A DNA stretch of 60,561 nt, the filler included. It is 10 parts of 10 records of this genome, joined end to end, with 100 filler letters (N's around TTAATTAATTAA, not from the genome) between each part and the next. Parts side by side here need not be neighbours in the genome. Positions count along the whole stretch, not along the records: positions 29,162 to 35,786 come from SRR31147125_306825; positions 35,887 to 41,135 come from SRR31147125_307790; positions 41,236 to 46,365 come from SRR31147125_309017; 7 more parts are not named here. The stretch is one strand, 5' to 3'. The position numbers and the translations under genes are program-made. Below the pieces are notes generated by a model. It saw only the letters and a list, made by a program, of their open reading frames with translations. It ran no database searches and had not been told where the DNA came from. This document shows, piece by piece, positions 29,162 to 41,774 of this stretch. The stretch's first letter is position 1; every line of letters begins with the position of its first letter.

Positions 29162-32100
29162 CACACGAGTCACCTGATTCAAGATCGCGTGGAACACGGG
29201 CTGTCACCGTATCATGGAACCTGGGTGCACTTGCAGTGGTTTTTCCAGGACCGAATTTCGGGTCCGTCTCGGTTCCCCGTTTATTTATGGCGGCGGGTGG
29301 TCCTCATGTATCAAACAGGCCTTCCGTGCTCGTGTCGTCTTCCTCTGCTTCGTGTCGGTGTACCACAGAAGGATCCTCCTCTAGTCCTACGGGCTCGCTT
29401 TCTCTCACGGATCTGATGGTATCAGTTGGGAATCCAGCAGTGGATCCCCCATTGTGGCGACAGATCCTTGATCCAGTGAACCTTTCTGCACGCGGGATGA
29501 CCGAAACACCACGAATGAATATTGAAATGGGGGCTGTAGTGGGACGTGTGGCCCTGAGTACGATCGCAGAGCTTATGTCTGTTGGATATGCCTTGTTGGA
29601 CACGATTAGCCTGTGTAGATCGTATGCTTTTTGTCGAATCCCGCAAGCTACACCTGCTGAGAGTGCCCTATCGGGGTCAAGAACGCACGTGGTTCCAGTA
29701 GACGAGAACTTGATTCAAGGGAGTGCTATAGAGACGCTGCCCACCCTTCCTACAATCCCTGCCTACATGGGCTTGCTGCAGCAAGAGTTGATCTATTGGA
29801 CGAAACATGAACGAATACCCTTCCATGAACGACCCCCTACCAGACGTGGGCGGCGCCGTCGACATAGTGTGGCAGACTTACGTTGTGCAAGTGGAGTGGT
29901 GGATTCGGGAAGACAGGATGCTAGTGCACTCAGGACTCCATCTTCGTCTGTTGGCGTAACTCTTATCATTCCCCGTGTTTTTTTCTCCCTTATAGATTCT
30001 GCTGGCGCTTCAGCTCCACAGCTTTCCCTAGCTGCCAACTTCGTTGAGGTGGGGGAAACAGGGGACAAGGGGCAGAATTCATGTTGGATGCTCACCAACA
30101 TACCTGGGCAGATGAGCCACGATCCTGCTCAATCGAGTATCTATTTTCGGGTTGGTGAGATTCACGCCGAACAGATAGGACAGACCGGATATGAAACCTT
30201 TCTTTCCTCGTGCTGTCCCGTCCATCCGACTTCGGTACGTGTGAATACGATGTTCTGAAAAGTGGCCTAATGGGAAGCAGGAGTGCAAGGTTTGTGAGAG
30301 TTACAAGGAACACAAGGCACCGAGTGGGGTCTGGTCCCCGATCCTTGGGTGTCGGTGCCCCGCCGCCAGCCGCTCTTCCGTTGTGCGCCTCTCGTTATCA
30401 AGGGGAACGGACGTTGTTCCCTGCCTCACCATTCATATTGGCTCTGTGTGGTATTGCATGGGGCCGTGGATCGAGTGGTGGCCTCTTTGGATACGAAATA
30501 TCATGGAAAAGGTGGTAACACCCGAAGCAATGCAACCTTATTCCTCGGAGGATGTGCCACGATGTGATCCCATGAGTCCTCAGACAGCGAACATCACCAT
30601 CCACGGCGAAACATTGGAAATTGCTGACGTGCGGCCGTTGGCTGTGACCAATACGATCCTCGTCCATCATGTGCGTTGTTCTCCTTTCCCTCCCTCATTC
30701 TTAGTTTCTTCGCCTTCAGGCCTGTGTTTCCCTCTCATTTCCGACGGGACCATGGCAACAAGTCACGAATATTCACTGCACGGCGGATTCGGTTGTCATG
30801 CCATCCCTGAAGCTTGTGTTTCCCTCGCCTGTTTGCGCAGGGATTCATGGCCTGAATATCACCGGGAGTGGTCGTATTGTTCTCTCTGAAAACGATACAG
30901 ACTCTCTGGTCAAGGAATCCACGTTGTTGATCGCTCTGTCTCAGTTTCTAGGAGCCCTTCCCGACACGATGGGCTCGGGTCACTTTGATACCACGTGCAA
31001 TGAAGTACGCCTGATAGCAGCAGAGGGATTTCCCTTGGGTCAACTCGTGGGACCACGTTTGGAACTCGATATTGCTTCTCAGAGGTACGCCTGAAGTCAA
31101 ACGCGCGAAAGATATCTTACACACGATGATTCAGCTGTCCGCTGCAGGATCTGTTCTCGTGCGTTGGTACGACATTCGTATCTCTTGTCAAGGGCATACC
31201 CCCCGTGGTGATAGACGCAGAACGCGGAGCATGGAGTGTTAAGTGCCGTGCAACAGCGACTGGCGCGCTGTATCGAGCAAGGATCGCATCATGCAAGCCG
31301 CTTGATCCCATAGAATTTGTTGTTCTTGCATTGGATGAGTTTTCTGTTTCCATGGTTGTGGAGAATGTTTTCGTGGAACTGCAAGGGCGTATCAATGCAC
31401 TAAGTGTTTCATTGGAGCCCGATGGTTTCCATGGACATGTGTGGCAAAAATCTCAACCGGCCCGGCTTGTGAACGTGATGGGACTGGAGGGAACGGTGAG
31501 TGGGCTGGTCACGCGTGTGTTGGCAATCTCCCTAACAACCCTAGCAGGTTGGGTTTCGGGGAGTGGATGAGCGTGGGAACAACTGCTGATGTCCGTTGCC
31601 TGCACGCGCGGATCCGAATTCCTCTTGATGTAACCGAATCTCTCTTGAACCTCTTGAGTCTGATTCGAGGAGAGGATCGTCTGAAGGCCTGTCCTCCTGT
31701 TCCACGACCCATGTTTCGTTTCGGCCGCACTGGATATCGCCCACGCGAAGGATGCATTACGTTTTCTGATTCCTCGCGTGCACTCTTCTTGAAAGAGAAT
31801 GTACAAAGTGTATCCTGGTTCGGATCCATGAAGCGCAAAAAGGAGCGATGGATGGCCTGGCGTTATCCCCACCCCAAATCAGTAAGGTTTGGTTGGTTGG
31901 TTGGTTGTTGAAATACGAGCTCATTGTACGCGACCCTCAGACGGGTTCAATGGGCTACACGATCCCAGGGATATCGTCCCGATGCGGCTGTCCTACAATA
32001 CTTTTCCGAAGAACGGGGGATGTATGTATTTCACGTACTCCTCGAGGGAAATTGTCGGAGAGATAAGGTGGATGAGGGTGTAGAGTGCACAATGGTACGT

Positions 32101-35100
32101 GATCCCTAGAGGACAACGTGAAGAATAATGTGCTTTGGCAGTTTGCGCGGGAATGGCGTCTCGTGCTCGTGAAAAATCATCATCCCTACTACGCCTGGCC
32201 TCAGTGGCAGTTGGTTACCATCGAGGCGGTCGATGGTGATGAGCATGAGGACACGAGGTGGCTCTCTGCGGACACTTTTTCGATCATCGCGAAGCGACAA
32301 ATTGCCGTGGAGGTTGCCCTGTTGGATGTATCCGTTGATGCCTCTTATGCAGATTGTGATACGGACATGATAACTGCACTGGCTACGCGTACATCCATGG
32401 TGGCTACGTCTGGGAATCGTGTATCCAGCTTTCACACAGAAATGGATCTATCTGCCTCGTGTCAAGACTTTCTCTCGGCACGTCACCTGTCCATACTTCA
32501 CCCTGTCCATGCTTTTGTCACAGGGACCGTGAATTCCACGCAAAGTGGGTAGGGGTGGGGGTGGTGTGTATCACACTCTCACAGCGCTATGCTATGTGTC
32601 AGGTGGTCGTCCTCTGACCTTGCATGCTACCAGTGCACGGGATTCCGTGGTTCATGTTTCCGTATCGCCTCCCCTTTTGTCTCTGCTTCAAGGGCTAAGT
32701 GAACTGTCTTCCACTCGGCACGGGCTGGACTCCTCGTCACTCTTCCGTGTGATTATTCACAACGAAGTTGGCGTTGATCTGTTTCTACTAAGAAGCACGG
32801 GGAAATTGCTCCTGCTTCGTAAGGAGCAGAATACACCGTTCAAGTGGCAAAGCTTGAAAGAGGGCAGTGGCATCGGGCAGCGACGAATGGTTCTTCGGTG
32901 CGTTCCCCTCCTTTTCCTCGATCCGCCTCATAGTGCCCCCTTTCGCAGCTACAACGAATTGTTCCATGATTCCACTGACTTCTCCCTGGATACGTCAAAG
33001 GAACCCATTACCTTCCGTCATCGTTCTCTTGCCACGCGCTTTGTACGCATATACCGCGACGTCCGTACGGAGGGATCGATGAAACACTTGTTGCGTTGAT
33101 TTTGCTCAGGCGTGAAGTCTGCATTCTTACACCCAAGACGCAGATATTTATGGGCCGACTGGGTGGTGGTGAATCGCACCTCTCTCGACATTGACATCTT
33201 GGTCGAAAGTTCACCCGGCACTTGTGTTTGTCTCACCGTGAAGGGATCTAAAGGGGATGGCACATGGTAGCCGTGTGTGAAGAGAATTTGTGGGGTGGGG
33301 TGGGGCACTCACTCGCCTACAGCTCCCTGAAGCCCTTTCTGTACGAATTTCATGAATGTGCTCCGACCTTTCGTGTTCGGATATCGGGCACTGGTAGTAC
33401 GGGGTGGTATAGTCGATTCGTATCGTTTGGCCAGGTAGGGGCACGCACCGAATCTGTCTGGACCAGGGTTCACCCTCGCACGTATTCAGGAGGACCCGAT
33501 TCTTCTGACGGCGTGCAATCGGGACGAAATGCATTCACCTGATCCGTATATTGTATGGTGTTCCGTGAAACGACACGTAGGAGTTGCAGGTTTGTGTCCC
33601 TTTCATCTTTCTCTTCACTTTTCCCTTATTCTTCTGTGTGTGTAGGGACTCCTTCTCCTGTTTCTGCCATTATCCTTGAACCTCCACTGATTATACGAAA
33701 CCGTTTGGCCCATTCTCTACACTATTTGATTGACACAACGGGGCGTAGGTAGGGAACATCCCCTGATCGTATTGTTCCTTGACATTGTGCCTGCATTCAG
33801 TACAAACCTCCAGGGCACACTAGATCCCGTCTTTGAGACATCATTGCTCTTGGATCTTTCCGTGTGTGGCGCTCTACACCTCTCACTGGTTGGTGGGGGC
33901 GTGTCGAACACTGTCGTAGACTTCAACAAGCAATCGGATGACACACCCACTGCCTTTCATCGTCTTCAAGTGCGTGAGTCGTTGGATCACTGTCGATTCA
34001 TCTCACGCAACAGGGCCCAGGTTTTGGGAGAAGATGGAGCCGTGACGCCAGGAAAGATTTCGTTGATGTTCCGGACACATGAGGAAGGGATGTCCCACAT
34101 TCTTGAAGTAATGCATTCTCCTCGACATTGGTCTTTGCACCTAACCCCCGCACAACAGATCTATGCTGCGGTTCTTCTCACAAATGCAACAGTGACATCC
34201 TTGGGCATTGGACACTTCATTGAGGAGAAGTCCACCTTCGCAGATGCAGTTCTAGTGGCTCCGGGAGAGACTGTACCCTATGGCGGGCCTACCTCATGGG
34301 AGAACGTTGCTCTAGCCATTTGCCACGCATCCATAGTCGTTACTTCAAACGATCCCAGCCACATTTTGCGTCGACACGATCGAACTTCGGTTTCGGGAAC
34401 ATTCCCGTTGTATAACGTAACAGCGCACGTGCTTCAATCCAGTACGCCCGGTATGGACTCACTTCCCAAGCCCTGGCATCGTGGATGGGGCCCTGTTCAG
34501 CCACCGCATGCATCGGCACGCCTGGCTGTCCCGGATCTGGGGGAGATCCCTCGCTGGCTTGTACACCAGGAGATTGTGGCGTGTGTCACCCGAGACGTTT
34601 TTGAGGAACCGGTTGCAGTGGTCTTGCACCCACGGCTCTGTGTGACGAATGAGACTGTGTGGCCCCTCGTGCTGGTTCAGGTACACGGGAAAGGGGACGA
34701 TATCTTTTGTGCAGGAATGAATCCCTTCTTTCTACACAGATGATACGAGACAGTAAGGGGACAGAACGATTTATCCCCGCCCACATCACCCTGGCCGTGG
34801 GAGAATCATGCTCCATGTCCCATTGGATTGTACCTCAGGGTAGGTCGGCGGGAAGGAGAAGGGGACATGCCTGATTACAATGAGAAACAGGGATCGATTC
34901 AGACACATATCCCCAGTTTGCTGTTTCTCTGGGCTCTCTGGGGTCATTGTTCTCTCCACCATTCAGCGCCGTCTCATCAAACGATCAAATTATTCGATTG
35001 AGAAACAGTGTAACATTCGATCATGTCATTCTTCGTGTCCAGCGAGTACGGGGTCTATGGGGGTTGCGCACACTCAACTCATTCGTCTGGTGTGCGTAGG

Positions 35101-35786
35101 TGTCTGGATCTCTCTCCACATCCACCGTTTGCCTCTCTATTGGTATGGATTCCCCAACACCTTATAGTTTTGAGAATCATACAACACGTGATGTGTTTCT
35201 ACGCGTTTCGGTATGTACGCGTACGATTCTGTCTTCTGTTCTTTTCATATTCCTATGTGTAGCGCTCCCACGTGCGCTATCTCTTGCGTCCAGGAGCATC
35301 TCTTCCCTTTAACCCTTTCAATGGGGACCCATCCGAGCATGAAGCAGCCGGCGAATCTATTCCGCACGAAACATCCTCCTCGGGAGAAGAGCTGGAAGAA
35401 TCAGAAGAGAGTACATCAGGACGATGGCACGACTTTTTGCAACGGATCCGTGATCGGTCGTTGGTGGCACACTTTCGGTGTGTTTCTTGTTGTGTCGGTC
35501 TGTCGGTCTGTCGGTCTGATTCAGGGTGCTTGATGTGACGACAGATTGGATCGGCACGTACAGTGGTCTGTGGGTGTACCCGTCAACCGGCCACGTGTCG
35601 TTCCACTGAATCTGACAGATTCGTGCGAGTACCGACTGATCATTTCGGAAACCGGAGGAAGAAGGGTTGTATCTCTTCATGTGGCCACACCCGTTCTCAT
35701 GACTCCACATACACTCCCGGAGGAGAAAGAGGAGGTGGATGAAGGTGGACAGGAGGACGAGAACGAGAACGAGAACGAGAACGAGA
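29162..35786 (+). CDS. Internal fragment of an intron-rich VPS13-family lipid transfer protein (VPS13B-like)
   Basis: Short GT-AG introns (e.g. 30235-30280, 30671-30719, 31085-31134, 31887-31940) join successive plus-strand ORFs. VAB-repeat-like motifs RVIIHNEVG, LEPPLIIRNRL, VVLHPRLCVTNET and WSVGVPVN; WRYPHPK...LQYFSE...WRLVL. Exon structure only partly resolved. Confidence 0.65.
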
Positions 35787-35886
35787 NNNNNNNNNNNNNN
35801 NNNNNNNNNNNNNNNNNNNNNNNNNNNNNNTTAATTAATTAANNNNNNNNNNNNNNNNNNNNNNNNNNNNNNNNNNNNNNNNNNNN

Positions 35887-38083
35887 GCACATTGAGGCGG
35901 CTGGCTTTAGCCATAAAAATCTAGTGCTGCCGAGTGATTCAGGCAAGGCGCTCACCATTCAACTGACGCCTACTGTGTTTGAAGTGATTGATGTGCGTGG
36001 CATTCCTACTCACGCTTCGCAAATTGAATCGGCTTTGCCTGTGAGTGTGTTGGGCGAAGATGAGCTGAGAAACAGCCAAGCCTCTACCTTAGGTGAAACA
36101 CTCAAATATGAGCCGGGGGTTCACTCCAGCTATTACGGCCCTGTGGCCAGTAGTCCCATTATTCGAGGCCTTAGTGGCTCTCGAGTGCTCATTACCCAAA
36201 ACGGGTTAGATGCGAGTGACGCCTCGCGTGTAGGACCCGATCATGTGGTCAGCAGTGAAGCGGTTACGGCGCAACAGATCGAGATTCTGCGAGGGCCAGC
36301 CACGCTCTTTTACGGCAGTGGCGCTATTGGCGGTGTGGTCAATGTGGTCGATCAGCGAGTGCCCACCTACAGTGACACTGAAATCACTCTGCAGGCTAAC
36401 CACAACACAGTCGCAGATGAAAACGAACTCGCTTTCTCGGTCACTTCAGGCACCGATACGATTGCAGTGCATGCCGATGGTTTCTGGCGTGATGGAGATG
36501 ATTACAAGATCCCCGGTGAAGCCGAGCTGCATGATCACGAAGGTGAAACCGAAGAGGAACATGAAGAGCACGAAGAGGAGTCAACAGGCTATCTCGCTAA
36601 TAGTGCCAGTGAGGCTTCCGGCTTTAACCTGGGAGCGAGTTATCTGCTGGAAAATGGCTTTGTGGGTGTCTCATATGGCCGTTTAGATCGCGAATATGGT
36701 ATTCCGGGTCACAGCCATGCTCATGATGAAGAAGAAGGCGAAGAGCATGAAGAGGAAGAGCACGAGGAGTCCGTTTTTGGTGACATGGAACAAGATCGCT
36801 GGCAATTGCTAAGTGAGCTACATTTCGATGCTGGTTTACTGAGTGGATTGAACAGCAAGCTGAGCTACACAGATTATCAGCACGCAGAAATTGAAGACGG
36901 TGAAGTCGGTACGACCTTCACCAACCAGACCCTTGAAGGCAAGTTTGATCTACTCTTCAATGAAGTGGCAGGGTGGCATTCGGCCTTATCATTCGATTAC
37001 AAACAGAGTGATTTCGAAGCCATTGGTGAAGAGGCGTTTACTCCCCCTTCTGAGACAGAGTCTTTTGCCACAGCGCTGCTAACGGAAAAGCACTTTGGCG
37101 ACTTTTTAGTACAGCTTGGCGCGCGTGTTGAACAATTAGAAATTAAGGCCTCGCTGACAGAAGAGCATGAAGAGGAGGAACATGAGGACGAGCATGAAGA
37201 GCATGTAGAAACCTTCATGAACTCGCAGGAGTTTACGCCGATAAGCCTCTCCGCTGGGGTGACCTGGGACTTTAGCAAAGGCTATAACCTGGGGCTTTCA
37301 CTGACCCGAGCCCAGCGTGCACCAAGCGCCAGTGAGCTCTTTTCCAATGGGCCTCACATAGGGACTAGCACCTATGAAGTGGGGGCACTGTATGAGCTTC
37401 ACCAGGAATCGGACGAAGTGCATGTCGAATTCCAAAGCAGCGATGCCGAGCTGGAAACCTCCAATAATATCGATTTGAGTCTCCGTAAATTCGAGGGCGA
37501 TTTCGGCTTTATCGTCAACCTCTTCTACAACAGCATTGACGACTACTACTATCTCGCTAATTCTGGCTTGTCCTATGAAAGTGGCCATGAGCATGAGGAA
37601 GAAGAGAGCGAAGAGCTTCACCAAGAGGAGAGCTTGCCTCTGTATCACTACCAGCAAGCGGATGCTGAGCTCTATGGTCTGGAAGCAGAGTTCGTCTGGC
37701 AGGTGAATGATCCACTGAAACTCTCACTGTTTGGTGATGCGGTAAGAGGGCAGCTCAAAAACGGTGGTCATTTGCCGCGTATTCCGCCTAGCAGAGTGGG
37801 GACGCAACTGACGTTCGAGCAACAAGCTTGGGATGCAGAGCTAAGCTGGACCCACTACCTGTCGCAAACCCGAATTGCCGACTATGAGACCAGTACCGAT
37901 AGCTACGACATGCTGGATGCTCGAGTGAATTACCGTCTAGAGACAGGCAGTTATACCAGCACCTTGTTCCTGAAAGCGCAAAACCTGCTGGATGAAGAGG
38001 CCCGAGTTCACTCCTCCTTCCTAAAAGATAAAGCGCCACTGCCGGGGCGAGGCTTTGTGCTTGGGATTAGAGCGGAGTACTAG
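35887..38083 (+). CDS. TonB-dependent receptor, ZnuD-like with His/Glu-rich loops (5' truncated)
   Basis: TLGETL...PGV, SSPIIRGLSG, IEILRGPATLFYGSGAIGGVVNV, HSSFLKDKAPLPGR and C-terminal Y; several (H/E)n tracts. Confidence 0.9.
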
Positions 38084-38113
38084 GCGGCACTAAATCGACT
38101 TAATCGAACTTCT

Positions 38114-38142
38114 GGGGCGGCTCTGACCGCCCCTCATTTTTC
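38114..38142 (+). terminator. Rho-independent terminator after the TonB receptor
   Basis: GGGGCGG-CTCTGA-CCGCCCC followed by TCATTTTT. Confidence 0.65.
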
Positions 38143-38300
38143 CAATTTGCAATCGGCAAGGAAGTGCCCACTTCTTTGACACTCTAACCACCCAATGTGT
38201 GGGCTCTTTTCTAAAACTCATTCACATTCAGCAGCTTTCCTTTTTGGTCTGGAATATGCTGCAACTTTCGTCAGGCGAGGCTGAACCCTGGAGGTGACCC

Positions 38301-38438
38301 ATGCGCCAGTCCAATCTGATTTTAGAGCTGTTGTTTGCCGGACTCTGCTTGCTGTTGGCACATGTTGCTCAAGCTGAGCCGGCTGAGAAGGTGTCTCAGT
38401 CGGAAGTGACAATGGAGGTGAGTGGTGCTCTCAGGTGA
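38301..38438 (+). CDS. Putative 45-aa secreted small protein (absent from the ORF track)
   Basis: RBS GGAGGT at 38290-38295; MRQSNLILELLFAGLCLLLAHVAQA|EPAEKVSQSEVTMEVSGALR*, with a Sec-type signal and AQA cleavage site. Confidence 0.55.
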   Translation: MRQSNLILELLFAGLCLLLAHVAQAEPAEKVSQSEVTMEVSGALR

Positions 38439-39115
38439 GTAATCGCCCGGGCGGGGAAATTGGTAAAAATGCCATCCACGCCCAGGCTTTTGAGCAGCTT
38501 CATGTCATCGGGCTCATCGACCGTATAGACCCTAACTTTTAGTCCTCGCTGGTGGGCATCCTGAATGAGCTCTTCATCCAGGCTGTCAATGTCCAAATGA
38601 ATGGCGTTGCAACCCATCCGCTGGGCAAATGCTGACAGATCTAGGGGAACGCTGGCGGTCAGGCCGGCGTATTGGAATTGTGGCCACAGCTCTTTGAGTT
38701 GCATTAATGAGCGATGGTGAAAGCTGGAGATAATGATCTGCTCGGGCTGAAAGCCAAACTCAGAGCAGGCGAATGCCAGCGTTTTCAGAGCTGGCGTGAC
38801 CACCTCTTTGTGCTTGAGCTCAGCATTGAGCAGGGTGCGCCCCTGAATACGCTGCAACACCTCCAGCAGAGTGGGGATCTGCTGAGCTTGGCCTGCATCT
38901 AAACGGCGCAGCTGTTCAAAACTAAAGTCTCTGAATCGGCCTTGGCCATTCGTGATCTTATTGAGCCAGCGATCATGAAAGACCATCACCTGGCCATCGG
39001 CCAGCTGTAGGTCAATCTCAATGCCATCGGCACCAAACTCTATGGCGCGTTCGATGGCGATTAAGGTGTTCTCAGGGTGATCGCCACTGGCGCCACGATG
39101 GGCAAATATTTCCAT
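38396..39115 (-). CDS. Glycerophosphodiester phosphodiesterase
   Basis: AHRGASG, PENT, IEIDL, VFHD, NAELK and DGIFTNFP. Confidence 0.93.
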   Translation of the reverse strand: MEIFAHRGASGDHPENTLIAIERAIEFGADGIEIDLQLADGQVMVFHDRWLNKITNGQGRFRDFSFEQLRRLDAGQAQQIPTLLEVLQRIQGRTLLNAELKHKEVVTPALKTLAFACSEFGFQPEQIIISSFHHRSLMQLKELWPQFQYAGLTASVPLDLSAFAQRMGCNAIHLDIDSLDEELIQDAHQRGLKVRVYTVDEPDDMKLLKSLGVDGIFTNFPARAITHLRAPLTSIVTSD

Positions 39116-39136
39116 AAAAAAGCATTCGCCAGACTC

Positions 39137-40531
39137 TTATACCGCAAGTAAACAAGCTGCCACGATAACTGTCAAACCCAGCAGCGAGACTGAAATGCCT
39201 ATCTTGGCCATGTCTTTGTTATTAATCAGGCCACTGGAGTAGGCGAGTGCATTGGGCGGTGTACTCACCGGGAGTACCATGCCCATAGACGCAGAGAGTG
39301 CCACCACAAGCAAAAGAGGCGTTGCCAGCACCAATTGCTCCGATGCGATTAAGGTAGTGGCTACGGCAGCGGCGACAGGCATGAGTAAGTTGGCCGTGGC
39401 GGTATTGGACATCAGGTTGGCCATCACATAGCAGAGTATGGCCAAGCCGATGAACACAGAGGCCAATGGCAATGCGTTGAAGTCGACAGCGCCTGCCAGG
39501 GCTTTTGCCAACCCCGTGGCTGATAGGGCAATACCAATGGCAATACCCCCGGCAACCAGCCAGATCACATCCCAATTAAAGAGCTTGAGATCCTCTTTGC
39601 TAATAATGCCAGTGGCAGTAAACACAGCTAACGGAATGATAGCCACGACATAGGAGTTCATGCCGTGCAGCTTAGTGGTTAACCAAAGCACTATGGTCAG
39701 TACAAAAGTGACGTAAACAATAATGGCTCGGGGGGAACGGCGGAATTTGCGCTTGATATTAATGTTCATTTCAGACGCTTCCGCAGGGAAGAACCGACTT
39801 AGCATGAACCAGGAAATTCCCAGCATGACGATGACAAAAGGCACGCCAAACAGCATCCAGGTACCAAAGCTGACGGCGTTGGCACCTTCTAAATATTGCA
39901 GAGCGATTGCATTGGGTGGCGTGCCAATCGGGGTGCCAATACCACCCAGGTTAGCTGCTACAGGAATGGATAAGACTAAGCCCTTGGCACCGGGATCGCC
40001 ATTGGGAAGAACCGCCAGAACGGGGGCTAAGATAGCGAGCATCATCACAGTGGTGGCTGTGTTGCTCATAAACATCGAGAACACGGCGGTGATGATCATC
40101 AACCCCAGCATGACAAACTTAGGTGAGGTGCCAAACGGCTTAAGCAGCACCCTAGCCAGGTTGATGTCCAACTCGTATTTGGAGGCGGCCACGGCTAATG
40201 AGAAGCCACCTAAAAACAGGATAATAATAGGAGAACTTAAGGCGTGAAAAATCTGCTTGTAGTTCATTAGCAGACCTGCTTGCTTGTACTCAGCAACAGC
40301 AAATCCTAAACCGGCACTCGAGATCAGCATCAGCTCCAGAGTGATAATGGTCACTGAGGTCGCGAACACTGGGATCGGCTCTAAGATCCAAAGGGCAGCT
40401 GCGAGCACAAAAATGGCGAGCAGACGTTGTTGAATGGGATTGATCTCAGACAGGGGGATCCAGTCTGAGGGCATAATGAGAACGACTAAAAACAGTGCCA
40501 CACAAACTGCAAATTTTGGCCATTGGATCAT
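39137..40531 (-). CDS. SLC13/DASS family anion:sodium symporter
   Basis: SMFMSNTAT, GTPIGTPPN, MSNTATAN and PVSTPPNA. Confidence 0.93.
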   Translation of the reverse strand: MIQWPKFAVCVALFLVVLIMPSDWIPLSEINPIQQRLLAIFVLAAALWILEPIPVFATSVTIITLELMLISSAGLGFAVAEYKQAGLLMNYKQIFHALSSPIIILFLGGFSLAVAASKYELDINLARVLLKPFGTSPKFVMLGLMIITAVFSMFMSNTATTVMMLAILAPVLAVLPNGDPGAKGLVLSIPVAANLGGIGTPIGTPPNAIALQYLEGANAVSFGTWMLFGVPFVIVMLGISWFMLSRFFPAEASEMNINIKRKFRRSPRAIIVYVTFVLTIVLWLTTKLHGMNSYVVAIIPLAVFTATGIISKEDLKLFNWDVIWLVAGGIAIGIALSATGLAKALAGAVDFNALPLASVFIGLAILCYVMANLMSNTATANLLMPVAAAVATTLIASEQLVLATPLLLVVALSASMGMVLPVSTPPNALAYSSGLINNKDMAKIGISVSLLGLTVIVAACLLAV

Positions 40532-40740
40532 GAATCACCTCACTGTGAAAGGGTGTTGTCCGGTTAAACACCTGGTCTGCCTGTGGTTAGAAGTAAAGGC
40601 GACTTGGGTGGTTACCCCACCGGCTCTTAACTATTTTTCCGAGCCTATTATTCAGAGCGTTTTGATGACTATGTGTGCGCGGGATCAGGTTTTTGTGAGT
40701 TGTTTATTTCGCAAGCAAATTAATGTGACAGTGCGCTAAA

Positions 40741-41135
40741 TCAGCTCTGGCGCTTATGACCGTGCAGAGTTTCGTAGATGGCCGCACTCACCACTAAAGC
40801 GCCTCCTGCCAGAGTGTGCCACTCGGGTATTTGGTGTAGCAGCAAAGCCGCTAGTGCGGCGCCGTAAATGGGTTGCATACAAGCGATCAGACCAATGGTT
40901 TTAGCGCTTAAATAGCGCAAGCTGGTGGCGAACAAGGCATGGGGCAGAGCGGTAAAAAAGATGCCCAATAACACTAACAAACCCCAGTCCAGGCTCCCAA
41001 TCTGCTGCCAGTCATTTGAAAGCCAGGCCACTAAGATTAAGGCCGAAACCAGGGTTTGATAAAACATAGCGTGAGGGCCGCTGTAGCGGGAAAAACGATA
41101 CTTGTGTAGCAAGTTTCTAAGGGTAAACAGAAAGG
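40741..41135 (-). CDS. EamA/DMT family transporter (5' truncated)
   Basis: LGIFFTALPH, QPIYGAALAALLL and TLAGGALVV. Confidence 0.85.
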
Positions 41136-41235
41136 NNNNNNNNNNNNNNNNNNNNNNNNNNNNNNNNNNNNNNNNNNNNTTAATTAATTAANNNNNNNNN
41201 NNNNNNNNNNNNNNNNNNNNNNNNNNNNNNNNNNN

Positions 41236-41664
41236 CCTCCAAGGCAGTGGACAGATCCGCCTCCGATGAAACCACTTTCCTTTCCAGTTCGAATCCTTGG
41301 GCCCCGCGCTCCAGCTCTTCCAGAATCACTTTATTGGCTTCTTCGGCGTCGGCGCTGCGGGTCTCTTGAACGATCTCCCATGGGGTGGAGACCTGGGAGA
41401 TAGGTTTGCTCCCCGCACATAAGGCGGATGCCCAGGAAGGGTTCCAAGGTGAGCCACACCTTGAAGATCCGTCTCGTTGTAGATGGGATCCAAGGTAATG
41501 CCCTCCAGGGTCTTGGTGAGCAGCTTCTTCTCGAAGGGGGCGCCCTTGAGGGCTTTCACCGCGGTCTCCTTCCATTGCTCATAGGTCGGCTTTTCGAAGG
41601 CGCCCAGATCAGGTGTCGCCTCCAGCTCTCTTTGAAGGGAGTTCCGGTTAGGATCTTCAGCCAT
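41236..41664 (-). CDS. Methylmalonyl-CoA mutase family protein, small-subunit-type N-terminus (3' truncated, apparent frameshift near 41410)
   Basis: FEKPTYEQWKE..VKALKGAPFEKKL..TLEGITLDPIY and PGHPPYVRG, continuing in another frame as WEIVQE...ANKVILEELERG. Confidence 0.85.
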
Positions 41665-41774
41665 TTTGCACGCTCCTGACTTCCTCGGATTCCGATCTGG
41701 AATCTAATCACACATATCCCCGTGAGGATTGGAATTTCAAGGGTTTTCTGGTAGCGTGAGCCCACCAAACACGA

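Noticed and set aside
38145-38300. Riboswitch or sigma-54 promoter between the TonB receptor and GDPD
   Set aside because: No cobalamin or c-di-GMP core motifs recognised, GG/GC spacing is not -24/-12, and TTGACA at 38176 has no matching -10.
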